DNA of 64,000 nucleotides. Origin: a virus. The position numbers and the translations under genes are program-made. This document shows, piece after piece, positions 1-8,334 of this stretch. Under the pieces are notes generated by a model that was not told the origin of the DNA, did not search any database, and saw only the letters and a program-made list of their open reading frames with translations. The first letter of the stretch is position 1, and each line of letters opens with the position of its first letter. The DNA is taken from positions 9,876 to 73,875 of the IMG/VR virus record IMGVR_UViG_3300017689_000001. One strand, written 5' to 3'.

Positions 1-1603
1 GGTAGAACGACCGGATGTACGCCGAGTCGCCCGACTTGGCGAGCTGCATCGGGTTGGGGAACGACGTCGCCAGCCGGCGCGTGGCGAGCCGCGACGACAG
101 CGAGGGATAAACCCGGCTGGTCTCAGGGTCCATGAGCTGGGTGTAGGGCGTCAGGTACAGCTTCATGCGCTGCTCGATGTCGGCCATCGACTGCAGGTCG
201 CGCATGATTTGCGCCGGCAGACCGTCGGGGTCCAACTCCTCGCGGATGCGACCACGCGCTTCCTTGTCGGAGGCGACCGACCCCTCGGCGTACTGCATCG
301 GCGCGCCGATCAGATCGTACATGATCGTGCGCATCGCGTGGTAGTAGACGATGTTCAGCTTGCCCGAGCCGGGCACCTTGATGCCCTTCTCCTCGGCCCA
401 CGCATTACCGATCGGGTTCGAGACCTGAAAGATCTGCTTGAAGTCGTCGGCGTCGTCGGGGCTGTTGGCCCACGCCTCGATCTGCTTGCGCTTGCTGACG
501 TAGCCCTGCACCTTGGCGGTGCCCTCCTTGGCCGGGTCGTAGTACCACTTCTCCTTGCGCTTGAGATCGTGGTGCGGCTCGGCGACGAACGGCAGAGCTT
601 GGCGGATGCGCGCCTTGAACGCGCGCAGCAGCTCGGCCATGTCGGCGCGCTCGACGTTGCGGCGCTCGAACACCTGATCGAGGTCGAGGCGGATCCCCTC
701 GCGCCACGAGTCGGCGTAGACCTGCACCATCGGGTTCTCCTGCGTGAAGAACGCCTTGAGAGCCTTGGGGTTGTTCTTGAGCATGTCGTCGAACATGCGG
801 CGGTAGTGGCGCACCGCCCAGTAGGCGTCGTCCGCGCCGTAGGCGACGGTCTGCTCGCCGGTCAGCTCGCCCATGTGACGCGCGCCGGCGGCGGCCAGCG
901 TGTCCTTGAAGGTGGCCTGCTCGTAGCCGAAGGCGCTCTTGGTCAGCGCCTTGAGGCTGTAGCCCATCGAGATGCCCTTGACGAAGCCGTTGTAGGAATG
1001 CTCGGCCTTCGACTCCTTGGCGATGAACTTGCCCAGCAGTTCCTGCTGGACGCCCGTCGGCCGGTCGCCCGGCTCCATGCCGGCCCACTTCTCGATCACC
1101 TCGGCGGCGATCTTGTGGAAGGCCTTGGGCAGCGGCGTCGCGAAGAAGGTGCCGATGTCGTACTGGTCGGGGCCGTGGTGCGACACCGCCATCTGCAGCG
1201 TGCAGACGAGGTTGCTGATGTCGACGCCCCAGCACTGCCGGACGTTGACCAGCTCGAAGGGCGCGTTGTGCGCGACCTTGATGGCCTTGTCGCTGATCTT
1301 GGCCAGCAGCTCGGCGCCGATCTCCTGCGGCAGACGGTTCTCGACGTCCGCGTGCGCGAGGTTGTAGTAATAGGCCGTGTCGCTGCCCTCGACGTAGGTC
1401 GAGAAGCCGGTGATCGTCGTGCGGCGGTGGTCGAAGACGTGCCGGGTGGCGTTGTTGTAGACGTTCAGCCCCTCGTGACGCGCCTCGTCCTGCGTCTCGA
1501 GATCGAAGCCGACCAGCCGCGCGCTCTCCAGCTCGGCGATGATGCCAGGCAGGAGCCGCGCGCCGCTGCGGCGGTCGACGAGGACGGTGTTGATATGGGT
1601 CAT
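1..1603 (-). CDS. polA: Family A DNA polymerase with N-terminal 3'-5' exonuclease (partial, runs off window)
   Basis: Hand translation from ATG at 1603: MTHINTVL...LVGFDLETQD (ExoI), VAHNAPFE (ExoII), YGADDAYW (ExoIII), then ATRRLATSFPNPMQL (PolA-type TGRLSS-PN-Q motif). Not in the ORF track because there is no stop in the window. Confidence 0.9.
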   Translation of the reverse strand, partial: MTHINTVLVDRRSGARLLPGIIAELESARLVGFDLETQDEARHEGLNVYNNATRHVFDHRRTTITGFSTYVEGSDTAYYYNLAHADVENRLPQEIGAELLAKISDKAIKVAHNAPFELVNVRQCWGVDISNLVCTLQMAVSHHGPDQYDIGTFFATPLPKAFHKIAAEVIEKWAGMEPGDRPTGVQQELLGKFIAKESKAEHSYNGFVKGISMGYSLKALTKSAFGYEQATFKDTLAAAGARHMGELTGEQTVAYGADDAYWAVRHYRRMFDDMLKNNPKALKAFFTQENPMVQVYADSWREGIRLDLDQVFERRNVERADMAELLRAFKARIRQALPFVAEPHHDLKRKEKWYYDPAKEGTAKVQGYVSKRKQIEAWANSPDDADDFKQIFQVSNPIGNAWAEEKGIKVPGSGKLNIVYYHAMRTIMYDLIGAPMQYAEGSVASDKEARGRIREELDPDGLPAQIMRDLQSMADIEQRMKLYLTPYTQLMDPETSRVYPSLSSRLATRRLATSFPNPMQLAKSGDSAYIRSFY

Positions 1604-2004
1604 CCGAAGTTCTTCCTTGCATCAGCCTCGTTGTCGAACAGGCGACAGCCCCACACCGCGGTGTGCTCCTTGTTCAGGTGCGCCGCGAGGGCCGGCCCGG
1701 TCGCCGCCCAAGCAGCCACAGCCTCGGCGAGCGTGGCGGCCTTGAAGGTGCCCAGCTTGTGCGCGGTGCCGGTCTCGCTGTTGGCGGCGAAGCCCTCCAT
1801 CCACACGTCGATCGTGCCGGCCTCGGCGTCGGGCGCGTCGCGGTAGGCGAGAGCTGCCTCGGCGACGCGCTTCCACGCCGCCATCGTCGCCGCGCAGGTG
1901 TGGCCACGCATATCGGGCGGCAGCTTGTCGACGGGCACGTTCACCCAAGCGGCGAACATGACCAGCTCCAGCGGCGTGCGCGGTACAGGATCAGGCTTGT
2001 CCAT
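1600..2004 (-). CDS. Hypothetical protein
   Basis: MDKPDPVPRT... start; ATGA overlap with the polA start. Confidence 0.7.
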   Translation of the reverse strand: MDKPDPVPRTPLELVMFAAWVNVPVDKLPPDMRGHTCAATMAAWKRVAEAALAYRDAPDAEAGTIDVWMEGFAANSETGTAHKLGTFKAATLAEAVAAWAATGPALAAHLNKEHTAVWGCRLFDNEADARKNFG

Positions 2005-2206
2005 CGTTCTTCTCCTTCTCCTCGACCGCGGCGATCGCCGCGTCGCGCGCCTGACGATAGCCCTCGGGGTTGTTGCGCAGGTCGCGGTAGGTGTCGAACA
2101 CCGCATGGTTGAGGACGCGCGGCACGCGGCGCCAGTGCGGCCAGCACATCAGCTGCCGGTCCTTGGCTTGCCGGGTGCAGTTGGCGACGGGGCAGGGGTG
2201 GCTCAC
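1991..2206 (-). CDS. Small Cys/His (zinc-finger-like) protein
   Basis: GTG start, HPCPVANC...LMCWPHW; coupled to both neighbours. Confidence 0.6.
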   Translation of the reverse strand: MSHPCPVANCTRQAKDRQLMCWPHWRRVPRVLNHAVFDTYRDLRNNPEGYRQARDAAIAAVEEKEKNDGQA

Positions 2207-2361
2207 AGCGCGCGCTCCCCGAACAGTCCGTGGCGGACGAAGCGGGTCACCGCCAAGCCGCGGATCGACCGATAGGCGTAGCTCGCGCACCCGATCAGGG
2301 TGTGGAAGCTGCCCGAGCGCTTCTCGATGCCGTCGTCGATGTAGTAGAATGCATACTTCAT
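2203..2361 (-). CDS. Small hypothetical protein (52 aa)
   Basis: MKYAFYYIDDG...; ATGA and GTGA overlaps at its ends. Confidence 0.5.
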   Translation of the reverse strand: MKYAFYYIDDGIEKRSGSFHTLIGCASYAYRSIRGLAVTRFVRHGLFGERAL

Positions 2362-3137
2362 AGGAAGAACTCCGACATGCGCACGTGCGCGCGATGGAAA
2401 TCAGGCGCGCCGACGGTGATGCCACCGTTCAGCTCGTCGTCGGGGACGGTGTGGAAGTGGGTGATCGTCAGCATCGCCTGCAGCTCGGCGATGTTCTCCT
2501 CGACGGCCAGCCAGGCTGCGACCTTCGGCTTGAACGGTAGCTGCGCGAACGCTGCGGCGTCGCCGGCGCGCACGGCGGCGAGGATCGCGGGCCAGTGCGG
2601 CGCCATCGATGCCCAGCGGCCGGGGCCGAAGCCGGGGATGCCCTTGATGTTGTCGCTCGCGTCGCCGCACATCGCCTTGTAGAGCGCGATCCACTTCGGC
2701 TCGACGTCCTTCATCTTCACGCCGTTGAGGGTGCAGAGGTGGGCGATCTGGCCGTAGTCCATGTCGTTGGTGTGGACGCGCGCGCGGCCGGGCATCTTGC
2801 GCACCAGCGTGCCGATGACGTCGTCCGCCTCCCAGCCATGCACCTCGATCTGCGTCGCCGAGGTGTAGCCGAGTAGCTCGCGCCACAGGCGCACCTGCGA
2901 CCAGATGTCCTCGCCGGCGGGCGTGCGGTTCATCTTGTACGGCGGGTACAGCTCTCGGCGGCGCTCGTTGTGCTCGCGGCCGTCCCACACCCAGATTTGT
3001 GTGCCGGGCGCGGCGGCGAGCTGCTGCTCGTAGCGCTGGCGCAGGCTCATCAGCGGCGCGCCCCAGTCGTGCTTCTCGAACTGGCGCCGCATGATGTTGT
3101 TGCCGTCGTAGATGTCGATCATGATCTCGTCCAACAA
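2358..3137 (-). CDS. 5'-3' exonuclease / flap endonuclease
   Basis: IDIYDGNN, VWDG, WEADDVIGTL, TNDMDY and GDASDNIKGIPGFG (H3TH) motifs. Confidence 0.9.
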   Translation of the reverse strand: MLDEIMIDIYDGNNIMRRQFEKHDWGAPLMSLRQRYEQQLAAAPGTQIWVWDGREHNERRRELYPPYKMNRTPAGEDIWSQVRLWRELLGYTSATQIEVHGWEADDVIGTLVRKMPGRARVHTNDMDYGQIAHLCTLNGVKMKDVEPKWIALYKAMCGDASDNIKGIPGFGPGRWASMAPHWPAILAAVRAGDAAAFAQLPFKPKVAAWLAVEENIAELQAMLTITHFHTVPDDELNGGITVGAPDFHRAHVRMSEFFL

Positions 3138-3197
3138 GAAACCCCGCCGCCACGTGAGCGGCGACGGGGTCCAAGATGCCCTGACGGGCGGGAGGGC

Positions 3198-3848
3198 TTA
3201 CGCCCGGTCGATCAGCTCGAAGCCGACGACGCCCCACTCGTTGCCGTTCTTGTTGGTCTGCGGCACGCAGGTGATCTTGGCCTTGACCGTCGAGGTCGAC
3301 AGGCCCTTCTCGCGCAGTTCCTTGTAGAACTTCGTCCAGAACTTCACGCCGGTGATGGCCGGGGTGATGCCGAGCGTCTGGCCCTTCTTCGCGCCGGGGA
3401 CGTCCTTGAGCAGGACGACCGGGATCTCGGCGGTCTGGTAGGGGCCGTCGACCTTGTCGTGGCTCGCCTGCAGGCGCTGCGTCGCCTGCTGGAAGTTCTC
3501 GCCCTGCGAGGTCATGCGACCGTCGTAGGACTTGATGAAGGTCGTCGAGCCGCCGCGGTTGGCGCGCACCGAGAAGATCGGCACGACCGCGGTCAGGTCG
3601 ATCGTCACCTCGGCCTCCTGGAAGTAGGCCTCCTTGTCGATGCGCAGGCCGGCCTCCTTGACGGAGAGGTAGGCGTCGACGGTCATGCCGGAATTGTCGG
3701 CCATGTCGTCGAGCGAGGGGCGCGACGTGGCGACGGCGGTGCCCTGCTGGGCCTGCGCGACGAGCGCGCCGCCGGTGTTGGGCGCCGCCGAGTCGGCCGC
3801 CGTGGTGGCCTGATCGATGACGGAGTCGAGAGCGGAGTTGTTCGCCAT
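3198..3848 (-). CDS. Hypothetical replication-module protein, possibly ssDNA-binding
   Basis: Clean 216-aa ORF with phage codon bias next to the exonuclease and polymerase; function inferred from context only. Confidence 0.45.
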   Translation of the reverse strand: MANNSALDSVIDQATTAADSAAPNTGGALVAQAQQGTAVATSRPSLDDMADNSGMTVDAYLSVKEAGLRIDKEAYFQEAEVTIDLTAVVPIFSVRANRGGSTTFIKSYDGRMTSQGENFQQATQRLQASHDKVDGPYQTAEIPVVLLKDVPGAKKGQTLGITPAITGVKFWTKFYKELREKGLSTSTVKAKITCVPQTNKNGNEWGVVGFELIDRA

Positions 3849-3937
3849 GGTATCGTTTTCTTTCGTTTTGGTGTGGCCCCGTTGCTGGGGTAGGGCTGAT
3901 CTACCAGCCCAAGAGGATCATGCAAGCCTCCTATCTT

Positions 3938-3954
3938 AAACTACCGGGTAAGAT
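3938..3954 (-). promoter_or_regulatory. TAC-N3-GTA operator-like site
   Basis: AAACTAC-CGG-GTAAGAT; flanks identical to the copy at 29071. Confidence 0.55.
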
Positions 3955-4225
3955 GGTGGGGAGCTTCTGGTGCTCGGCGCTCCCCGTGCCGCCGGTGGGT
4001 CACGCCGCGCGGGCGTAGACCTCCGAGGTGTCGTTGTCGTTCGCGTTTACTCACTCACCGCGTGGCGCGTCGATCCTAGTTCGGCCCCGTCAACTATCCC
4101 CGGCCCATACCGTCAAGCACGACCGAGGATAGATGGTGGAGCCGACGGGTACTGCCCCCGTGTCCGCACCAGCAGCTCGGCCATTGCTGGCCGAGGCCGA
4201 CATCTAGGATGCCAGCCGATCAGCG
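3954..4225 (-). ncRNA. ssrA: Circularly permuted (two-piece) tmRNA, alphaproteobacterial type
   Basis: Minus strand. Acceptor piece ends GAC-ACGGG-GGCAGTA-CCCGT-CGGCTCC-A-CCA at 4134. A 45-nt intervening hairpin follows. Coding piece starts GGGGCCGAACTAGGATCGAC at 4088. The 7-bp acceptor stem has G3-U70; P2 is CGCGCCA/TGGTGCG; TAAAC precedes the resume codon. The 5' boundary of the acceptor piece is approximate. Confidence 0.9.
4000..4044 (-). other. tmRNA tag reading frame ANDNDTSEVYARAA*
   Basis: GCG AAC GAC AAC GAC ACC TCG GAG GTC TAC GCC CGC GCG GCG TGA; ANDN start and AA end are typical of SsrA tags. Confidence 0.9.
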
Positions 4226-4603
4226 TCAACCATGAAGATACTCAAAGCGATCGCCCGTCCACTCGGCGGCGCGGCGCGAGTAGGTGATGAACGGGCACCA
4301 GATTGCATCGTAGTCGGGGCCGCCGATGCGCACGTAAGAGACGCGCATCACGCCGGTGTCGGTGTCAATCGTGAAGCCGGTGATCTTGTAGATGTTCCGG
4401 GTCTTGACGTGGCGGTAGACGCCGCGCCGGCGATCGAGCATCGACGCGAGGTCAGCCGGCTTGGCGCGCTGACCCGGCGCCGGCCCGTCGAAGCTGGCGA
4501 CCAACGTGGCCGAGCCGTCGTCGTGAGCGCCGATAATATATCGGGTGGTAGGCACCGGGGTTGGTGCCGGCGGGACGGGCTTGGGGCGGGAAAAGAACTT
4601 CAT
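4226..4603 (-). CDS. DUF1653-like protein
   Basis: GVYRHVKTRNIYKITG...VMRVSY matches the G-x-Y-R-H-x-K-G pattern. Confidence 0.65.
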   Translation of the reverse strand: MKFFSRPKPVPPAPTPVPTTRYIIGAHDDGSATLVASFDGPAPGQRAKPADLASMLDRRRGVYRHVKTRNIYKITGFTIDTDTGVMRVSYVRIGGPDYDAIWCPFITYSRRAAEWTGDRFEYLHG

Positions 4604-4986
4604 ACGAATTGCTCCTTGGCATAGCGCTGCCAGCGCTCGAACATGGTGGGGTCGGGGTCGCTGGGTTCGATCTTCCCGCCGAAGGCGACGTGCGGTGGCA
4701 CGCCGTCGTCGGTCTCGTAGGTCTGCAGCCAGTTGCGGTAGCGCCGCGTCGGCACGATCGCGGTCTCGACGATGCCCTCGTCGAAGTCCCAGCGGGTCAT
4801 GTAGTGGTAGACGATCGTGACCCAGTTGAACCGGCGGTCGGGGACGACCAGCGTGAGGTGGGCGCGCATCAGGCAGGGCAGGATCACGCGCCGGCCGCCG
4901 CCCCCGCGCCGCTTGGGCTGGAGGTAGGGCGGCAGCGGGGGCAGGTCGCCGCCGGTCACGGGCGGCTTGTCGAGGACGTCCATCAT
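4600..4986 (-). CDS. Hypothetical protein
   Basis: ORF with ATGA overlaps at both ends. Confidence 0.65.
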   Translation of the reverse strand: MMDVLDKPPVTGGDLPPLPPYLQPKRRGGGGRRVILPCLMRAHLTLVVPDRRFNWVTIVYHYMTRWDFDEGIVETAIVPTRRYRNWLQTYETDDGVPPHVAFGGKIEPSDPDPTMFERWQRYAKEQFV

Positions 4987-5204
4987 GTCATCACCGCCAT
5001 GGTCAGGGGTTGGTTGGGGATCAGCAGCAGGCCTTGCGGCATGATGTAGATCATCGAGTTCTTCTCGATGATCGAATAGTCGACCGTGATCGCCCGCTTG
5101 TCCTTGTTGTAGAACTGGACGATTGGCCTCAGCCCGGTGGGGTGCCCTGTCGCGATCGGCGTGGGCGTGGTCGAGTCGAAGATGTGGTTGGTGAGCATTC
5201 CCAT
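4983..5204 (-). CDS. Hypothetical protein
   Basis: AAAGGA RBS; first gene after an AT-rich regulatory element. Confidence 0.65.
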   Translation of the reverse strand: MGMLTNHIFDSTTPTPIATGHPTGLRPIVQFYNKDKRAITVDYSIIEKNSMIYIMPQGLLLIPNQPLTMAVMT

Positions 5205-5241
5205 CCCGGTTTCCTTTCAGAAGTCATGGTATTTATTCCCA

Positions 5242-5277
5242 CGATTTTTCCAAGAGTACAGGGTAAAAATAAGAAAA
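5242..5277 (-). promoter_or_regulatory. 36-bp AT-rich element containing TAC-N3-GTA; near-identical copy at 42695-42730
   Basis: TTTTCTTATTTTTACCCTGTACTCTTGGAAAAATCG (minus), 33/36 identical to the copy upstream of the prohead protease gene. Confidence 0.7.
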
Positions 5278-5337
5278 GAGGGGGTCAACTGGAAGCGAGT
5301 TCGGCCGCGCCGCGCGGCAGACGGTCGGCGGTGTCGG

Positions 5338-7026
5338 TCATGACGTGAAATCCAGCACAGGGCGCGTCCCGTCGACGCGGTTGGCGAGAGCGGACTTGTC
5401 CTTGACGATCTCGTACATGCGATCGTCGATCGAGTCCTCGTACTTGAAGAACACGACGTGCAGGGTCTTGGTACGCGACCCGCGCGACGCGCGGCGGTAA
5501 GCCTGGAGGATGTTGACGTCCATGAAGTCGATCGACGCGAAGATCACGAGGTCGAACATCTCCCAGTTGTAGCCGACCGCCGTCGTCGGGCCGGACGCCA
5601 CGATGACGTCCAGCTCGCCGCGCTGCGCACGCTCGTCGATGCGCGCGCGCGCCGCGCCGGACACGCCGGCGTTGATCATTTCGGCCTCGAGGCCCAGCTC
5701 CTCGCACAGGCGCAGGATGCGCTCCTGCTCGGGCTGGAGGGCTGCGAAGATCAGCGTCTTGTGGCCCTTAGCGAGGTGGACCATCAGGCGCTCGTCCTTC
5801 TCGGTCCACTTCGGGATGCCGGCGAGCATCGTCTCGGGGTGCGCCATCAGCTGACGCGCCCTGATCTGCGCCACGCCGGTCATCGAGCCGTCAAGGATGC
5901 GGCCGTCGGCCAGCTCGAGCATCGCCTTCTCGTGGAACTCGTCGTAGGCAACGCGCACGTCGTCGTGCATCTCGATGTCCTCGGCGAGGAAGACCACGTC
6001 CTCCTTGCCGTAGACCTCCTCGAAGGTGCGGCGGATCGAGTTGGCCTCGATGCGCTTGGCCAGCGTGTCCTCGTTCTTCCAGCGGATCGGGCGGCCGTAG
6101 TCGTCCATCGCCGCGACGTGCTCGTAGTAGAAGCCGAGGTGGCTGCCGTAGTAGCGAGGCTCGATCGCGTGGATCGCCGGGAAGGCGGTGTCGAGGCGGC
6201 CGTTGATCAGCGTGCCGGTCATGCCGACGAAGCGGCTGACGCGGCGCGCGACCTGATAGAACGACTCGGTCTGCTTCGACTCGAGGCCGCCGTAGGCCAT
6301 GTGCAGCTCGTCGACGAGCAGCAGATCGATCTCGGGGAACGCGGCGAGCACGCGCTCCCAGTGCGCCGACATGAACGCGAAGGTGCAGATGATCGCCTTG
6401 ACGCCGTCGGCCGCGGCCGCGGCGATCAGATCCTTGAAGACCTCGGGGTCGTCGCGCGTCGCCTTCTGCGGCATGCCGTCGGGGCCGAGCACCGGCTCGA
6501 CCGCGATCCACGTGTCCGGCTTCTCATCGTGGCTGCCCGAGCCGTTGAGCTGGCTCCACTTGCCGTCCTCGCGGCGGTAGCCGAACTTGATCGCGTCGGT
6601 GAACCCCTGCGCGCGGGCGAGGTCGACCAGCTCGAACGTCGTGGTTTCGGTCACGGTGCCGGGCATGCGCACGCGGTAGCCGTTGCGGCGCTTGGTCGCG
6701 GCGATCGTCGGCCCGGTCCACCCCTTGGTCATCGCAGCGCGGTCGGTCTTGAGGATCGCCACGTCGTCGCCGGGGGTGTACTTCTTGACGTTGGCGACTT
6801 GGAAGTCGGTGAAGCGGACCAGCTCCTTGAGGTTCTTCTTGAGCAGCGACTTGGGCATCGACCACAGGGTCTTCTTCTGCCCGCGCGACCACATCATGTA
6901 CGAGTAGACGCAGCACGGCGGCGTCTTGCCGGTGCCGGGGTCGGAGAGGTCGAGGCACTTGGGGTGCCCGATGTAGAAGGCGAGCTGTTCGATCTGCTTC
7001 TCGCGAAGCTGGGGCTGATCGGTCAT
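5338..7026 (-). CDS. Superfamily 2 (SNF2/DEAD-like) DNA helicase
   Basis: DLSDPGTGKT (Walker A), LLLVDELH (Walker B), GMTGT (motif III), GYNW (V), QAYRRASR (VI). Confidence 0.9.
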   Translation of the reverse strand: MTDQPQLREKQIEQLAFYIGHPKCLDLSDPGTGKTPPCCVYSYMMWSRGQKKTLWSMPKSLLKKNLKELVRFTDFQVANVKKYTPGDDVAILKTDRAAMTKGWTGPTIAATKRRNGYRVRMPGTVTETTTFELVDLARAQGFTDAIKFGYRREDGKWSQLNGSGSHDEKPDTWIAVEPVLGPDGMPQKATRDDPEVFKDLIAAAAADGVKAIICTFAFMSAHWERVLAAFPEIDLLLVDELHMAYGGLESKQTESFYQVARRVSRFVGMTGTLINGRLDTAFPAIHAIEPRYYGSHLGFYYEHVAAMDDYGRPIRWKNEDTLAKRIEANSIRRTFEEVYGKEDVVFLAEDIEMHDDVRVAYDEFHEKAMLELADGRILDGSMTGVAQIRARQLMAHPETMLAGIPKWTEKDERLMVHLAKGHKTLIFAALQPEQERILRLCEELGLEAEMINAGVSGAARARIDERAQRGELDVIVASGPTTAVGYNWEMFDLVIFASIDFMDVNILQAYRRASRGSRTKTLHVVFFKYEDSIDDRMYEIVKDKSALANRVDGTRPVLDFTS

Positions 7027-7103
7027 GGGATGATCTCCAGTTTATAGCGAAGGGCCAGTCTGTAAAAACCGACCCTCGAAGTTTTCACCGACCTTTCATC
7101 AGG

Positions 7104-7403
7104 TCATCGATCGATCGATGCGACGCCGCCAAGACCCGGTACTGGTCCGAGTCCATCCGACTGACGATCGACGCGGGCAGCGGCTGCCGCGGCCTCGGCG
7201 GCGGCGCGGCGGGTGGGGGCATGCTCATCGTCGTTCTCCCTATCGGCGGCTCGGAACAGGTCGTCGCAGAGCCGCAACATCTGGTTGAAGCTATTGAACG
7301 GGATGGGCGCCGTCGGGTTGCTCGACCGCGCCGTGATGCGGTTGATTTCCGTGTTCGCCTGCCGGCGCAGCGCGGCGATCGCGGCGATGAGGGCGGGACT
7401 CAT
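7104..7403 (-). CDS. Hypothetical protein
   Basis: 99-aa ORF with ATGA overlap. Confidence 0.55.
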   Translation of the reverse strand: MSPALIAAIAALRRQANTEINRITARSSNPTAPIPFNSFNQMLRLCDDLFRAADRENDDEHAPTRRAAAEAAAAAARVDRQSDGLGPVPGLGGVASIDR

Positions 7404-7957
7404 GCCGCCAGCGCCCGCTGCACCAGCTCGCCCTGCCCCCAGGCAAGGCTGGCGAGCGCCCGGTCGTACAGCCGCCGATCGCCGGCGACCATCACCTCGA
7501 GGATCTTGCGCTTCTCCTCGAGATAGGTGCGGGCGAAGCCGGGGTCGTGCGCCGCGATCGACGCGGTGTTGTGGATCAGGTCCGCCAGCTTGATGTCCTG
7601 CGCGGGGCCGCTGATCGCCGCCAGCCGCTCGCGCTCGCGATCCTTGCGCGTCGCTCGGTTGAGGTCGGGGTAGGCCTCGTGGGTGAAGGCATCGGTCAGG
7701 TCGAACACCAGCGCCGCGACGCCGCTGCCGAAGCGCCGCTCGATCGTCTCGATCGACACCGGCGTGTCCTCGACCACGTCGTGCAGCACGGCGGCGACCA
7801 GCTGGTCCTCGCTGACGACCGCGGCGGTCTCATGGAGGATCACCATCACCGCGATTGGGTGGGTGATGTAGGGCAGGCCGTCGTACTTGCGCACCTGTCC
7901 GGCGTGCGCCGTGGCGGCGAAGGCGATGGCGCTGTCGAGTTGCTTCCAGACGGTCAT
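7400..7957 (-). CDS. HD-domain protein of the RelA/SpoT hydrolase (MESH1/SAH-like) family
   Basis: AHAGQVRKYDGLPYITHP, AAVLHDVVEDT and IKLADLIHN motifs. Confidence 0.85.
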   Translation of the reverse strand: MTVWKQLDSAIAFAATAHAGQVRKYDGLPYITHPIAVMVILHETAAVVSEDQLVAAVLHDVVEDTPVSIETIERRFGSGVAALVFDLTDAFTHEAYPDLNRATRKDRERERLAAISGPAQDIKLADLIHNTASIAAHDPGFARTYLEEKRKILEVMVAGDRRLYDRALASLAWGQGELVQRALAA

Positions 7958-8334
7958 ACGATGAGCCTTTCATAGTGAACGCGGTTGAGGATCTCGATGG
8001 GCAGGACCAGCTTGAGCATCAGACTGGTGCCGCCCTGCTTCTTGGGCGTCAGGTCGCGCCGTGGGTGCGCGAAGATCGATACCTCGACGTCATTGGTCTT
8101 GGCGTGGACCGAGACGTGGTAGCGGCGGAAGGCCAGCACGGTGCCGACCTCCAGCTCGGCCGACGTGATGTGTTTGCCCTTCGACCAGTCCCACGCCTCG
8201 CCGGGGTGGGTGATGGCGAACAGGGTGGGGCGGTTGTGGTTGCCCCACGTCATGTTCAGCTCGCTGGCGTTGAGCACCAGCGGCTCGATCAGGCGCAGCT
8301 TGTCGCCAATCTGCGGGATGTAGAGCTGGGCCAT
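7954..8334 (-). CDS. Hypothetical protein, paralog of 26946-27389
   Basis: MAQLYIPQIGD start; shared GTV..-RYHVS and LTPKK blocks. Confidence 0.7.
   Translation of the reverse strand: MAQLYIPQIGDKLRLIEPLVLNASELNMTWGNHNRPTLFAITHPGEAWDWSKGKHITSAELEVGTVLAFRRYHVSVHAKTNDVEVSIFAHPRRDLTPKKQGGTSLMLKLVLPIEILNRVHYERLIV

Noticed and set aside
209-1846. 545-aa plus-strand ORF
   Set aside because: Antisense shadow of polA caused by high GC3; low-complexity V/L/R/G sequence with no motifs
3954-4225. tRNA-Ala gene interpretation
   Set aside because: No anticodon arm, halves are in permuted order, and a tag frame is present; it fits tmRNA
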